From positions 15,955 through 65,970 of the forward strand of contig PFDQ01000043.1 of assembly GCA_002772815.1 (NCBI GenBank): DNA of 50,016 nucleotides, given 5' to 3'. Positions 28,039 through 36,459 of the stretch are shown here, in pieces. The first letter of the stretch is position 1. Every line of letters starts with the position of its first letter. The notes beneath the pieces were generated by a model. The model was not told the DNA's origin and did not search any database. It saw nothing but the letters and a program-made list of their open reading frames with translations. The DNA comes from Candidatus Peregrinibacteria bacterium CG10_big_fil_rev_8_21_14_0_10_42_8 (GTDB lineage: Bacteria; Patescibacteriota; Gracilibacteria; Peribacterales; Peribacteraceae). The translations under genes and the position numbers were made by a program.

Positions 28039-28404
28039 ATGAAACTCAAAGAAATCGCAAAACTTACGTGGCTACCAGTTGTCGGCGCATCACTTTGCTG
28101 CCTTAGTCCAGTGATCATCGTCCTGTTTGGTCTTGGAACAGCAGCATTTGCCAGTTCTCTTGCAGATACACTCTACGGAGACTACAAGTGGTTCTTTAGA
28201 ATAGGTGGGCTCTTCCTTTTGTTGCTGTCAGTCTTTTATCACTATCGAAAGAAGGGTGTCTGTTCGCTCGACCAAGCGAAGCGTCATAAGAACGAAATCC
28301 TCAACACAATTCTTATTACCGTCTTTGCAGGAGCAATAGGATACGTCTTCTTCTTGTATGTTGTCGTGCACTACGCTGGTGTGTGGTTGAATTTGTGGGT
28401 TTGA
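28039..28404 (+). CDS. MerT-like three-TM membrane protein with a CC motif in TM1
   Basis: VVGASLCCLSPVIIVLFGLG resembles the MerT TM1 vicinal-Cys motif. A loop Cys (KKGVCSLD) lies between TM2 and TM3. Confidence 0.5.
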   Translation: MKLKEIAKLTWLPVVGASLCCLSPVIIVLFGLGTAAFASSLADTLYGDYKWFFRIGGLFLLLLSVFYHYRKKGVCSLDQAKRHKNEILNTILITVFAGAIGYVFFLYVVVHYAGVWLNLWV

Positions 28405-28413
28405 TCTATCAGC

Positions 28414-28592
28414 TTGTAACTTTTGGGATCAAAAGTTACCAAAAATCTTAACCACTGATATGAACGAAGAAATACAGGAAGAACGTACTGTGCGCTCCTC
28501 GACTAAGCTTGCTGCGGCAACTTAGCTCTTCGTCACTAAGAAGAAGTGCAGCGGTGTGATCTTCGTCCATACTACAGTGGCTAGAAGATGGA
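28414..28592 (+). repeat. Structured repeat, copy A (5' hairpin module + core + 3' module)
   Basis: Hairpin GTAACTTTTG-ggat-CAAAAGTTAC (28416-28439). The core CAAAAATCTTAACCACTGATATGAACGAAGAAATA...GTGCGCTCCTC is shared with copies B and C. The 3' module GCGGTGTGATCTTCGTCCATAC is identical to copy B. Confidence 0.8.
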
Positions 28593-28913
28593 TCACCCCC
28601 ACTTCTTCCCCCACTTACAAAAACCTCCAAAGACAGTCTGTAGGTCTGCTCCTTTTTCAGTAATGCTGTATTCAATGCAGATAGGCTTACCATCGGTTAC
28701 TGTTCGTTCGATGAGGCCTTCTTCTTCCAGTTCTGTCAGCCGCTCGGAAAGAATACGAGAGTTGATCTCTGGTAGCGCATCTTTAATTTCGCAAAACCGC
28801 ATTTTCTTTGTATCTGCGATACATCGTAAAATATGCATTGCCCACTTTTTTGAGCAAAAATCAATGATTCCGTAGATCGGACAATCGCACGATGATGGTT
28901 GTTTTTTAGGCAT
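28593..28913 (-). CDS. HxlR-family (MarR-like winged helix) transcriptional regulator
   Basis: CPIYGIIDFCSKKWAMHILRCI...RFCEIKDALPEINSRILSERLTELEEEGLIERT is a typical HxlR signature. Confidence 0.85.
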   Translation of the reverse strand: MPKKQPSSCDCPIYGIIDFCSKKWAMHILRCIADTKKMRFCEIKDALPEINSRILSERLTELEEEGLIERTVTDGKPICIEYSITEKGADLQTVFGGFCKWGKKWG

Positions 28914-28921
28914 GTACGGTT

Positions 28922-28927
28922 AGTATA
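28922..28927 (-). promoter_or_regulatory. -10 box TATACT
   Basis: Lies 8 nt upstream of the HxlR ATG (28913). Confidence 0.4.
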
Positions 28928-28977
28928 CATAGATATACCTCCAAAAACTACTTAATTACTATTAAATACATGTTTTA

Positions 28978-28997
28978 CAAAAGTAACCGACTAAGCT
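28978..28997 (+). repeat. Deleted fragment (D) of the structured repeat
   Basis: CAAAAGTAACC is joined directly to GACTAAGCT. In copy A these two strings are separated by 61 nt. Confidence 0.5.
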
Positions 28998-29031
28998 AGA
29001 CTACGTCTGTTATTTCCTACCCCTAATACTT

Positions 29032-29187
29032 ATGGGATGTTGTTCAAAGGACAATCATTGCTCTGATGAGAGCAAGAAATGTTCAGAAGGTTGTACTTGC
29101 GATACATGCAAGGAATGCGCTGAAAAGTGCAAAGAGAAGTGTGATGAAAAGTCTTCAGAGCACAAAGGTGATAGTTGTTGCGGTTAA
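29032..29187 (+). CDS. Metallothionein-like cysteine-rich small protein (51 aa, 12 Cys), absent from the ORF track
   Basis: My own translation is MGCCSKDNHCSDESKKCSEGCTCDTCKECAEKCKEKCDEKSSEHKGDSCCG*. It has CC, CxC and CxxC motifs. It is divergent from the HxlR gene and next to the MerT-like gene. Confidence 0.65.
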   Translation: MGCCSKDNHCSDESKKCSEGCTCDTCKECAEKCKEKCDEKSSEHKGDSCCG

Positions 29188-29284
29188 GCAGACTCTTCAT
29201 CGTCAAACAGGGCATCCTGGGTGGGGTGTTCTGTTTTTATGTAGCTTCGCTATCTTCATTTGTGCCTTTTTTGATAAATGATTT

Positions 29285-29600
29285 GTAACTTTTCAGATGA
29301 AAAGTAACCAAAAATCTTCGCCACTGATATGGACGAAGAAATAAAGAGAGAACGAAGCGTGCGCTCCTCAGTAAACTTCGTCGCTAAGTACGCGTGAAGC
29401 GGTGTGATCTTCGTCCATACGACAGTGGCTGGACGAGCGAGAAGTTAAGGGTGGGTTGGCAGACTGCATGTTTGAGGGCGAAGAATAAGATATGAGTAAA
29501 AGGAATACAGCGACGAGAGCCAGTCGCTGTAAGCGAACGCAGTGACCTGGGCGAGGAGCGCAAAGGAAAAAGGGGCAAAGGAATAGCGGAGTTAATATAT
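29285..29600 (+). repeat. Structured repeat, copy B (longest copy: hairpin + core + 3' module + about 170-nt extension)
   Basis: Hairpin GTAACTTTTC-agat-GAAAAGTAAC (29285-29308). About 85% identical to copy A over the first ~85 nt, judged by eye. The extension contains GAGGAGCGCA, complementary to the core GTGCGCTCCTC, plus a tail shared with copy C. Confidence 0.8.
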
Positions 29601-29622
29601 ACAAAGAAACCTCTTTAATTTA

Positions 29623-29651
29623 TTGACCCCCCTTGCTCTTCTCTTTATATT
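29623..29651 (+). promoter_or_regulatory. Sigma-70-like promoter TTGACC-N17-TATATT for the ribosomal protein cluster
   Basis: Both hexamers are near consensus with exact 17-nt spacing. It lies about 100 nt upstream of the rplC ATG. Confidence 0.55.
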
Positions 29652-29751
29652 CCTCCCGCTTTACAGCAATTACTTGTGTTCTAGTTCGCCGTTTAGTCTG
29701 AGCGTAGTCGAAGACTCCAACCAAGCGAACCAGAGGAACCTCCAAGATATT

Positions 29752-30357
29752 ATGTGTAACGGACGTATTTGTACAAAAATCGGCATGTCACGAGTCTTCA
29801 CTGAGAACGGTGATGCAGTCCCTGTTACCTACTTGAAGGTAGAACCAAACCACGTTATCCGTACAAAGACAAAGGAGAAGGACGGGTACAATGCGGTTGT
29901 TCTTGGTATCAATCCAAAGAAATGGAGAACACGCAAAGGAAACGAGCACACAAAGTATTCTACTATAAAGGAGTGGGAAGTAGAGAGCCTTGATGGCCTT
30001 GAAGCAGGGAAGGAGCTTACATCAGAAGAATTCACAACAGATGCAAAGGTGCAGATCACAGGTGTCTCTAAAGGAAAGGGATTCCAAGGTGTTATTAGGC
30101 GTCACAACTTCTCTCGTGGTCCAGAAACACACGGTTCACACCACCACAGGAAGCCAGGTTCTATTGGAATGTGTGAATTCCCTGGACGTGTTATGAAAGG
30201 TAAGAAAATGCCAGGACGAATGGGTAACGATCAGATAACCTTGAAAAAGCGTGAAATCTTGAATTGCGACGTTGAAAAAGGTGTCATTGCGGTAAAAGGT
30301 CCAGTTCCTGGACCAAATGGCTCTCGTCTCTACGTCACACTTACTCCAGCCTCATAA
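29752..30357 (+). CDS. rplC: 50S ribosomal protein L3
   Basis: An internal ATG was chosen. ..RICTKIGMSRVFTENGDAVPVT matches the L3 N-terminus. FQGVIRRHNF is also present. Confidence 0.9.
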   Translation: MCNGRICTKIGMSRVFTENGDAVPVTYLKVEPNHVIRTKTKEKDGYNAVVLGINPKKWRTRKGNEHTKYSTIKEWEVESLDGLEAGKELTSEEFTTDAKVQITGVSKGKGFQGVIRRHNFSRGPETHGSHHHRKPGSIGMCEFPGRVMKGKKMPGRMGNDQITLKKREILNCDVEKGVIAVKGPVPGPNGSRLYVTLTPAS

Positions 30358-31082
30358 TGACTATTGATGTATACACCTCCACAGGCGCTAAAAAGGGAAC
30401 GGCTACACTGCCGAAGGATCTCTTTGAAGCAAATATCAACGAGGGGTTGATGCACCAGGCAGTTATTCGCCAGCAGAGCAATGTCCGTAACTCTGTTGCA
30501 CACACGAAGACCCGAGGTGAGATCCAAGGATCAACACGAAAGCTCTTCCAACAGAAGGGAACAGGGCGTGCACGTCGTGGTTCTGTACGAAGCCCAGTCC
30601 TAAGGGGAGGTAACAAGGCATTCGGTCCAAAGAGCATTGCAAACTTTGTGCTAGAAATGCCTAAAAAGATGCGTCGTGCAGCTCTTACGAGCAGTTTGTC
30701 ACTTCAGGCTAAGAATGGAGCAATCTTCGGACTCGAAAGCTACCCAGAAGCAATTAAGACAAAGGATGCACAGAAGATGCTCGAAAAGATGTCAGTGGAA
30801 CTTGGTCGCAAGATCATTATTGTCACTGCAGATAACAATGCCTCTGTTAACCTCTCTGTTCGCAACATCAAGAACGTACGAACAGTCATGGCTCAGTACT
30901 TAAATCCTTTGGATGTACTCAGCAGCCGTCAGATCATCTTCATGGTTGATGCAATCAAGAAGCTCGAAGAGATCCACGGAGAAAAAAAAGTGACAGAAGG
31001 TGCAAAGGATACAAAGGTAAATGAAAAGAAAACGTCTGCACCATCTGCACCATCTGCATCCTCTTCCACCTCAGTAAAATAA
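30357..31082 (+). CDS. rplD: 50S ribosomal protein L4 (with a K/S/T/A-rich C-terminal tail)
   Basis: Conserved gene order, KGTGRARRGS motif and TAATG overlap with rplC. Confidence 0.9.
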   Translation: MTIDVYTSTGAKKGTATLPKDLFEANINEGLMHQAVIRQQSNVRNSVAHTKTRGEIQGSTRKLFQQKGTGRARRGSVRSPVLRGGNKAFGPKSIANFVLEMPKKMRRAALTSSLSLQAKNGAIFGLESYPEAIKTKDAQKMLEKMSVELGRKIIIVTADNNASVNLSVRNIKNVRTVMAQYLNPLDVLSSRQIIFMVDAIKKLEEIHGEKKVTEGAKDTKVNEKKTSAPSAPSASSSTSVK

Positions 31083-31381
31083 TGGAACTCTCTCAAGTTG
31101 TCGTCGGCGCAATTGTTACCGAAAAGGCTGAACGCCTAAAGGGTGTCAATCGCACATACACTATCCGTGTTGCTCCAAACGCAACAAAGGTAGATATCGC
31201 TAACGCTCTAACAAAGTTCTACGACGTCGAAGTAACGAGTGTCCGTACAATGCGTATGCCAAGTAAGACTCGCGCAGTTGGACGTGGAAAGGTTATTACA
31301 AAACGAAAGCCATTTAAAAAAGTTATGGTTACGCTTTCTCCAAAGAGTAAGCCCCTTGATATTGCTAACTTCAAAGTATAA
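31082..31381 (+). CDS. rplW: 50S ribosomal protein L23
   Basis: Gene order. ..TEKAERL...YTIRVAPNATKVDIANALTKFYDVEV. Confidence 0.9.
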   Translation: MELSQVVVGAIVTEKAERLKGVNRTYTIRVAPNATKVDIANALTKFYDVEVTSVRTMRMPSKTRAVGRGKVITKRKPFKKVMVTLSPKSKPLDIANFKV

Positions 31382-32235
31382 TGCCTATTAAAACTGTTAA
31401 ACCAACGAGCCCAGGACGTCGAACAATGACGTTTGCAGACTTCTCCGGTCTAACGAAGAAGAGGCCTGAACGCGGTCTTACAAAGGGTAAGAGGCGTATC
31501 AATGGACGAAGTAAGTCGACAGGTCGTATTACGATCCGTCACCGTGGAGGAGGACACAAACGTCTCTACCGTGATATCGACTTCAAGCGCATGGATAAAG
31601 CTGGAGTACCAGGAACAGTAAAAGCTGTTGAGTACGATCCAAACCGAACATCATACATCATCCTTACTGTGTACGCAGATGGTGACAAGCGTTACCACCT
31701 TGCTCCAGAAGGAGTAGTTGTCGGAGACGTTATCACCTCTGGTGAGCGCACAAAGGTGAAAGTTGGAAACCGAATGCAATTGCAGAACATTCCAACAGGG
31801 TACAAGGTATTCAACGTTGAAATGCACATCGGTAAAGGAGGAGAAATGGTACGAAGCGCTGGTACATCTGCAACACTTGTTGGAATCGATAAAGACCACG
31901 CAATCCTTCAGCTCCCAAGTAACGAAGTCCGAAAGGTTCGTAAGGAATGTACAGCAACTATCGGAGTCGTTAGTAACGGTGAACACAGCCTTATCCGCGT
32001 TGGAAAAGCTGGAAGAAAGCGTTGGATGGGTCGCCGACCACAGGTTCTTGGTAAATCCATGAACGCTGTAGACCACCCACACGGAGGAGGAGAAGGACAC
32101 AGTCCAATCGGAAGCAAGAAGGGGCCACGAACTCCATGGGGAAAGAGGGCTCTTGGTGTAAAGACACGAAAGAAAACAAAAGCATCAGATAAGCTTATTA
32201 TGCGCCGCCGTACTAACAAGAAACGCAAGAAGTAA
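31381..32235 (+). CDS. rplB: 50S ribosomal protein L2
   Basis: KPTSPGRR, RHRGGGHKR, and MNAVDHPHGGGEG. Confidence 0.95.
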   Translation: MPIKTVKPTSPGRRTMTFADFSGLTKKRPERGLTKGKRRINGRSKSTGRITIRHRGGGHKRLYRDIDFKRMDKAGVPGTVKAVEYDPNRTSYIILTVYADGDKRYHLAPEGVVVGDVITSGERTKVKVGNRMQLQNIPTGYKVFNVEMHIGKGGEMVRSAGTSATLVGIDKDHAILQLPSNEVRKVRKECTATIGVVSNGEHSLIRVGKAGRKRWMGRRPQVLGKSMNAVDHPHGGGEGHSPIGSKKGPRTPWGKRALGVKTRKKTKASDKLIMRRRTNKKRKK

Positions 32236-32253
32236 TAATTCCTAACCTCTCTT

Positions 32254-32526
32254 ATGTCTAGATCTCTTACCAAAGGCCCTTACGTTGACGAAAAGCTCTT
32301 CAAAAAAGTGATGAAGATGGCTGAAGCTGGTGATAAGAAGATCATCAAGACATGGGCTCGTGCATGTGATATTCCACCTGAATTCGTCGGATTCACATTC
32401 GCAGTGCACAACGGTAAGGAGTTCACACCTGTATACGTCACTGAGCAAATGGTTGGACACAAACTTGGTGAATTCTCTTGGACTACTAAATTTAAAAGCC
32501 ATGGTGGAAAAATGGCTGGTAAGTAA
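32254..32526 (+). CDS. rpsS: 30S ribosomal protein S19
   Basis: [12 protein letters not shown]...[26 protein letters not shown]. Confidence 0.95.
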   Translation: MSRSLTKGPYVDEKLFKKVMKMAEAGDKKIIKTWARACDIPPEFVGFTFAVHNGKEFTPVYVTEQMVGHKLGEFSWTTKFKSHGGKMAGK

Positions 32527-32544
32527 GAATAACAACTCTCTATT

Positions 32545-33078
32545 ATGAATGCTTCTCTACGCTCTATCCGCATCGCTCCTAAGAAGGCACAGCTCGTCGC
32601 CAAGATGATCCGTGGCAAGTCAGTACCAGATGCGATGTACACACTCGAACGAACAAATAAGAAAGCTGCACGTCTTCTAGAGGGATTGCTTCGTAGTGCA
32701 ATGGCGAATGCGTCTCATAACGAAAAGCAGGATCCTCAAATGCTTGTTATCAAGACTCTAATCGTTAATAAAGCACAGTGTTACCACCGTGGAGTACCAA
32801 TGGCACGTGGACGTGTACGCCCAATGCGTAAGTTTATGAGCCATATCAACCTTACTCTTGGTGTAGAAGGAGAAGATAATAAGCCTAAAAAGAAAGAATC
32901 TACTTCCCAAACAGCGAAAAAGACTGTAAAAAAGGACACGACTTCTGAAATGAAGCCGACGAGTACGAAGAGTAAGTCCGAACCTAAGAAGGATACTACT
33001 ACTTCCACCTCGAAATCTTCTGTGCCTGCAAAAGCGAAGGCTCCAGCGAAGAAAAAAGCTACTCCAAAGAAATCCTAA
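32545..33078 (+). CDS. rplV: 50S ribosomal protein L22 with an approximately 65-aa Lys/Ser/Thr-rich C-terminal extension
   Basis: The L22 core is RSIRIAPKKAQLVAKMIRGKSV...RGRVRPMRKFMSHI. The tail is KPKKKESTSQTAKKTVKK...AKAKAPAKKKATPKKS. Confidence 0.9.
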   Translation: MNASLRSIRIAPKKAQLVAKMIRGKSVPDAMYTLERTNKKAARLLEGLLRSAMANASHNEKQDPQMLVIKTLIVNKAQCYHRGVPMARGRVRPMRKFMSHINLTLGVEGEDNKPKKKESTSQTAKKTVKKDTTSEMKPTSTKSKSEPKKDTTTSTSKSSVPAKAKAPAKKKATPKKS

Positions 33079-33108
33079 TTCTAACCAACTCTTACCACCC
33101 CCTAATAC

Positions 33109-33783
33109 ATGGGACAGAAAGTAAATGCCAACGGCTTCCGACTCAAAATCACGCACACGTGGCCAAGCTCATGGTATGCAAATGGTAAGAAGTTTAAGGG
33201 TCTCTTTCTTGATGATGTAAAGATTCGTCGTTACATCGGAGAAAAGCTTCCAGATGCTGGAATCTCAATGATCGAAATCGACAGAAGCAAGCGTGTATCT
33301 GTCACGATCCACACAGCAAAGCCAGGTGTGATTATCGGAAAGCAAGGTGCATCTATCGAACTTCTCAAGAAGAACCTAGAACATAAGTTCAACTGTGCAT
33401 TTGATGTGAATATTCAAGAGATACGCACACCAGACTCAGACGCACACGTCATCGCAGAAACCATCCAAGGACAGGTTCAGCGTCGTATGCCATACAGAAG
33501 AGCTGCAAAGATGGCTATTGAAAAGGCTATGCAAGCAGGTGCCGAGGGAGTAAAGGTAAAAGTGTCAGGTCGTCTCAACGGTGCTGAAATTGCACGAACA
33601 GAGCTATTTAAAGAAGGTAACATTCCTTTGCAGACCCTTCGTGCAAACGTAACGTTTGCACGCAGAACTGCAGCAACTACATATGGTTCTATCGGAATCA
33701 AAGTATGGATCTACAAAGGAATGGTATTTAAGAAAGTGCAACAGGCACAGTCATCTACTCTTACGTCACTTAATAACCAATAA
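33109..33783 (+). CDS. rpsC: 30S ribosomal protein S3
   Basis: [12 protein letters not shown], a KH domain, and [12 protein letters not shown]. Confidence 0.95.
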   Translation: MGQKVNANGFRLKITHTWPSSWYANGKKFKGLFLDDVKIRRYIGEKLPDAGISMIEIDRSKRVSVTIHTAKPGVIIGKQGASIELLKKNLEHKFNCAFDVNIQEIRTPDSDAHVIAETIQGQVQRRMPYRRAAKMAIEKAMQAGAEGVKVKVSGRLNGAEIARTELFKEGNIPLQTLRANVTFARRTAATTYGSIGIKVWIYKGMVFKKVQQAQSSTLTSLNNQ

Positions 33784-33785
33784 TC

Positions 33786-34205
33786 ATGTTAGAGCCTAAG
33801 AAAATAAAGCACAGGAAGGTTCAACGCCGCCGCGGACAGTGGAGGGGTAAGGCATGGCGTGGAAGCCGTTTGGCTTTCGGAAGCATTGGGTTGAAGACAA
33901 GTGAAACAGGAGAGATCACCGCAAGACAGATCGAAGCTGCTCGTCGTGCAATGACACGCAGCGTTGCGCGTGGAGGAAAGATTTGGATCCGCGTATTCCC
34001 ACACAACCCAGTAACAAAGAAAGCAGCAGAAGTACCGATGGGATCTGGAAAAGGAAGCCTAGAGTACTGGGGAGCTGTCCTTAAGGCAGGAACTGTCATC
34101 TTCGAGATGGATGGTCTTGATGAAAAAATTGCTCGTGAAGCGCTACGCCTTGCAAGCCACAAATTACCAATGAAGACAAAAGTTATTACTAAAATTGGAT
34201 CATAA
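33786..34205 (+). CDS. rplP: 50S ribosomal protein L16
   Basis: [11 protein letters not shown]...[13 protein letters not shown]...IWIRVFP. Confidence 0.95.
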   Translation: MLEPKKIKHRKVQRRRGQWRGKAWRGSRLAFGSIGLKTSETGEITARQIEAARRAMTRSVARGGKIWIRVFPHNPVTKKAAEVPMGSGKGSLEYWGAVLKAGTVIFEMDGLDEKIAREALRLASHKLPMKTKVITKIGS

Positions 34206-34477
34206 TGAGTAACACTACCACCACCAAAGAGCTTCACAATATGACTCCTGCAGACTTGCAGAAGGACATCCGTGCACAAGAGCATGAGGTTGTAAAACTT
34301 CGTCTTGGTGTGCAGATGGGTAGTGAGAAAGATAGCGCAAAGTATGTACGAGCAAAGAAGCAACTAGCGCGCATGAAAACAGCACTTAATGTTTCGCAAA
34401 GCGATAAAAACTCTGTATCCTCCCTGCCGACCGAAGCCCAGAAGGCGAAGGTTGGTCGCACTCCTAAGCAATCATGA
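34205..34477 (+). CDS. rpmC: 50S ribosomal protein L29 (extended C-terminus)
   Basis: Gene order. TKELHNMTPADLQKDIRAQEHEVVKLRL is L29-like. 90 aa. Confidence 0.85.
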   Translation: MSNTTTTKELHNMTPADLQKDIRAQEHEVVKLRLGVQMGSEKDSAKYVRAKKQLARMKTALNVSQSDKNSVSSLPTEAQKAKVGRTPKQS

Positions 34478-34866
34478 GAACTAAAAAAGGCGTTGTTTCA
34501 TCGGCAAAAATGACAGGTACGGTTTCCGTAGCTGTAGACCGACACGTATTTCACCCGATCTACAAGAAGCGATTCCGAAAGAGCAAGAAGTTTCTCTGTG
34601 ATACAAACGGATTAGACCTTTACGCAGGTGACCAAGTGATTATTACAGAGTGCAAGCCAATCTCTAAGAACAAGTACTTCAAGGTAACAGAGATTACAAA
34701 GGCTGCTCCACGAGTATCTGACATGAAAGAAGATAAAGCTATCGACGAAGTCATCCACCGTGAAAAAACAGGTGCAGATGCAAAGGTAAAAGAAGAAACA
34801 AAAGACATAAAGGAGCCAAAGGACAATTCCTCTGAATCCTCTGAATCCCTTGACTCCTCTCAATAA
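34474..34866 (+). CDS. rpsQ: 30S ribosomal protein S17 (acidic/Ser-rich C-terminal extension)
   Basis: [29 protein letters not shown]..., ATGA overlap with rpmC. 130 aa. Confidence 0.9.
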   Translation: MRTKKGVVSSAKMTGTVSVAVDRHVFHPIYKKRFRKSKKFLCDTNGLDLYAGDQVIITECKPISKNKYFKVTEITKAAPRVSDMKEDKAIDEVIHREKTGADAKVKEETKDIKEPKDNSSESSESLDSSQ

Positions 34867-35234
34867 TGATCCAGACGCAAACCTCCCTACAAGTGGCAGA
34901 TAATACAGGCGCAAAACGCGTTATGTGCATCAAGGTGCTTGGTGGTTCTAAGCGTCGTTACGCTGCAGTCGGTGATACGATTGTTGTAACAGTGAAGGAA
35001 GCTGCTCCTCGTGGAACAGTAAAGAAGAAGTCTGTGGAGCGTGCTGTTGTTGTTCGAACGAAGAAAATCACAAGGCGTACGGATGGAAGTGGAATCCGCT
35101 TCGATGACAACGCATGTGTGATCGTATCGAAAGAAGGAGTCCCTAAAGGTACACGTGTTTTCGGGCCTGTTGCTCGTGAACTCCGTGCTAAGGGCTTTCA
35201 GAAAATTGTATCTCTTGCCCCTGACGTACTGTGA
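34866..35234 (+). CDS. rplN: 50S ribosomal protein L14
   Basis: [33 protein letters not shown]. Confidence 0.95.
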   Translation: MIQTQTSLQVADNTGAKRVMCIKVLGGSKRRYAAVGDTIVVTVKEAAPRGTVKKKSVERAVVVRTKKITRRTDGSGIRFDDNACVIVSKEGVPKGTRVFGPVARELRAKGFQKIVSLAPDVL

Positions 35235-35803
35235 AGATCCGTACCGGCGATAGCGTCGTAATCATCACAGGGAAGGATAAGGGTAAAACTGGAAAAGTTC
35301 TCCGTGTTCTTGAATCAAAAAACCGTGTTGTCGTAACAGATGCAAACATGCGCACACGTCACATTAAGGGTGGGCCAAATCGCCCTGGTGAGATCGTAAA
35401 GTACGAAGCAAGTATTGCTCTTAGTAACGTCATGGTGATAGATCCAAAGACAAAGAAGCGAAGCCGTGTCGGATACGCAAAGAATGCAAAAGGACACAAA
35501 GTACGTATCGCAAAAGTAAGCGGAGAAGAGATCAAAAAGGGGACAGTTGCAGCAAAGAAAAAAGGTGGTGAGGGTACAGAAGGGACAGATGGTACAAAAG
35601 TGAATACTGCGAAGAAAAAAACCTCTGCATCTTCTGATTCCTCTAAATCCTCTGCATCCTCAAATCAGGCTCCATTCTGGAAGAAAATGGGATTCGGAGC
35701 AGAAGATATGGCAGGAAATGCAGAAGTAGACGTTAAGAATGACGACCACTCAGTGCCAGACCAAACAAGTAATACTCATCGATCCAGCCAACGCGGCGCA
35801 TAA
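35231..35803 (+). CDS. rplX: 50S ribosomal protein L24 with an approximately 85-aa C-terminal extension
   Basis: GTG start in a GTGA overlap. [22 protein letters not shown] (KOW motif). 190 aa. Confidence 0.9.
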   Translation: MKIRTGDSVVIITGKDKGKTGKVLRVLESKNRVVVTDANMRTRHIKGGPNRPGEIVKYEASIALSNVMVIDPKTKKRSRVGYAKNAKGHKVRIAKVSGEEIKKGTVAAKKKGGEGTEGTDGTKVNTAKKKTSASSDSSKSSASSNQAPFWKKMGFGAEDMAGNAEVDVKNDDHSVPDQTSNTHRSSQRGA

Positions 35804-35805
35804 TT

Positions 35806-36456
35806 ATGGCTTACACATCTTTCCACGACCGGCTCCGAGGACCAATTACTGAAGCAGTTCAGAAGGATCTTGGTATCAAGAACGTTAATGCTGCGCCTCG
35901 CATTGAAAAGGTGACAGTAAACGTTGGTATCAATAAGTCAAAAATGGATAGCAAGGAAACACGTGAATACATCGAACAGATGCTTATGCGTATTACTGGT
36001 CAGAAGCCAGTATTTACAAAGGCGCGTATTGCGATTTCAAACTTTAAAACGAGGCAAGGAATGATTGTGGGTGTGAAGGTAACACTCCGCGGTAAGAACA
36101 TGGAACACTTCCTCGACCGACTCATTAGCTTCTCTATTCCACGTATTCGCGACTTCCGCGGACTTCCAAAGAAGCTTGATGGAAAAGGAAATTACAGTAT
36201 TGGTCTCCGTGATCATTCAATCTTCCCAGAAGTACCAGCACCAGACGCAGGACAAATCTTCAACATGCAGATTGTTATCACAACAACAGCAAAGAACGAC
36301 GAAGAAGGAATGGCTCTTATGAAGAATATTGGTATGCCATTCAAGAGAAATGAGGCACAAGATGCAAAAAATGCGAAGGCTGCAAAAGAAGAAGCAAAGA
36401 AAGTTGCATCAAACGAACTTACAACCGATACTATCGATTCCCAGTCCCAATCGTAA
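35806..36456 (+). CDS. rplE: 50S ribosomal protein L5 (C-terminal extension)
   Basis: ..ITGQKPVFTKARIAISNFK.R.GM..G.KVTLRG..M..FLDRL. 216 aa. Confidence 0.95.
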   Translation: MAYTSFHDRLRGPITEAVQKDLGIKNVNAAPRIEKVTVNVGINKSKMDSKETREYIEQMLMRITGQKPVFTKARIAISNFKTRQGMIVGVKVTLRGKNMEHFLDRLISFSIPRIRDFRGLPKKLDGKGNYSIGLRDHSIFPEVPAPDAGQIFNMQIVITTTAKNDEEGMALMKNIGMPFKRNEAQDAKNAKAAKEEAKKVASNELTTDTIDSQSQS

Positions 36457-36459
36457 ATT

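Noticed and set aside
28448-28693. 81-aa minus-strand track ORF across repeat copy A. It shares the peptide SSSHC(S/R)MDEDHTA with the ORF at 29368-29604.
   Set aside because: The shared peptide simply reflects nucleotide conservation of the repeat. Both ORFs run antisense through hairpins, and this one also overlaps the HxlR gene. Composition is low-complexity and no start context is convincing. I treated it as non-coding repeat sequence.
28414-29600. Whether the repeats are DGR template/variable repeats, integron attC sites, CRISPR, or a type III toxin-antitoxin RNA array.
   Set aside because: No reverse transcriptase, integrase or cas gene is nearby. Differences between copies are not adenine-specific. 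There is no GTTRRRY/RYYYAAC core pair, and the copies are not short regularly spaced tandem units.
29368-29604. 78-aa and 64-aa minus-strand ORFs inside repeat copy B.
   Set aside because: Same reasoning as for copy A: conservation is explained at the DNA/RNA level and no protein family signal is present.
29623-29751. N-terminal extension of the L3 ORF from TTG 29623 (43 extra codons).
   Set aside because: The extension is hydrophobic and low-complexity, it overlaps a near-consensus promoter, and the L3 family N-terminus aligns to the internal ATG at 29752.
33821-34363. Long antisense ORFs within the ribosomal cluster, for example 33821-34363 (-), 31651-32100 (-), 32758-33156 (-) and 36558-37007 (-).
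   Set aside because: They are shadow ORFs opposite highly conserved ribosomal protein genes, with no independent support.
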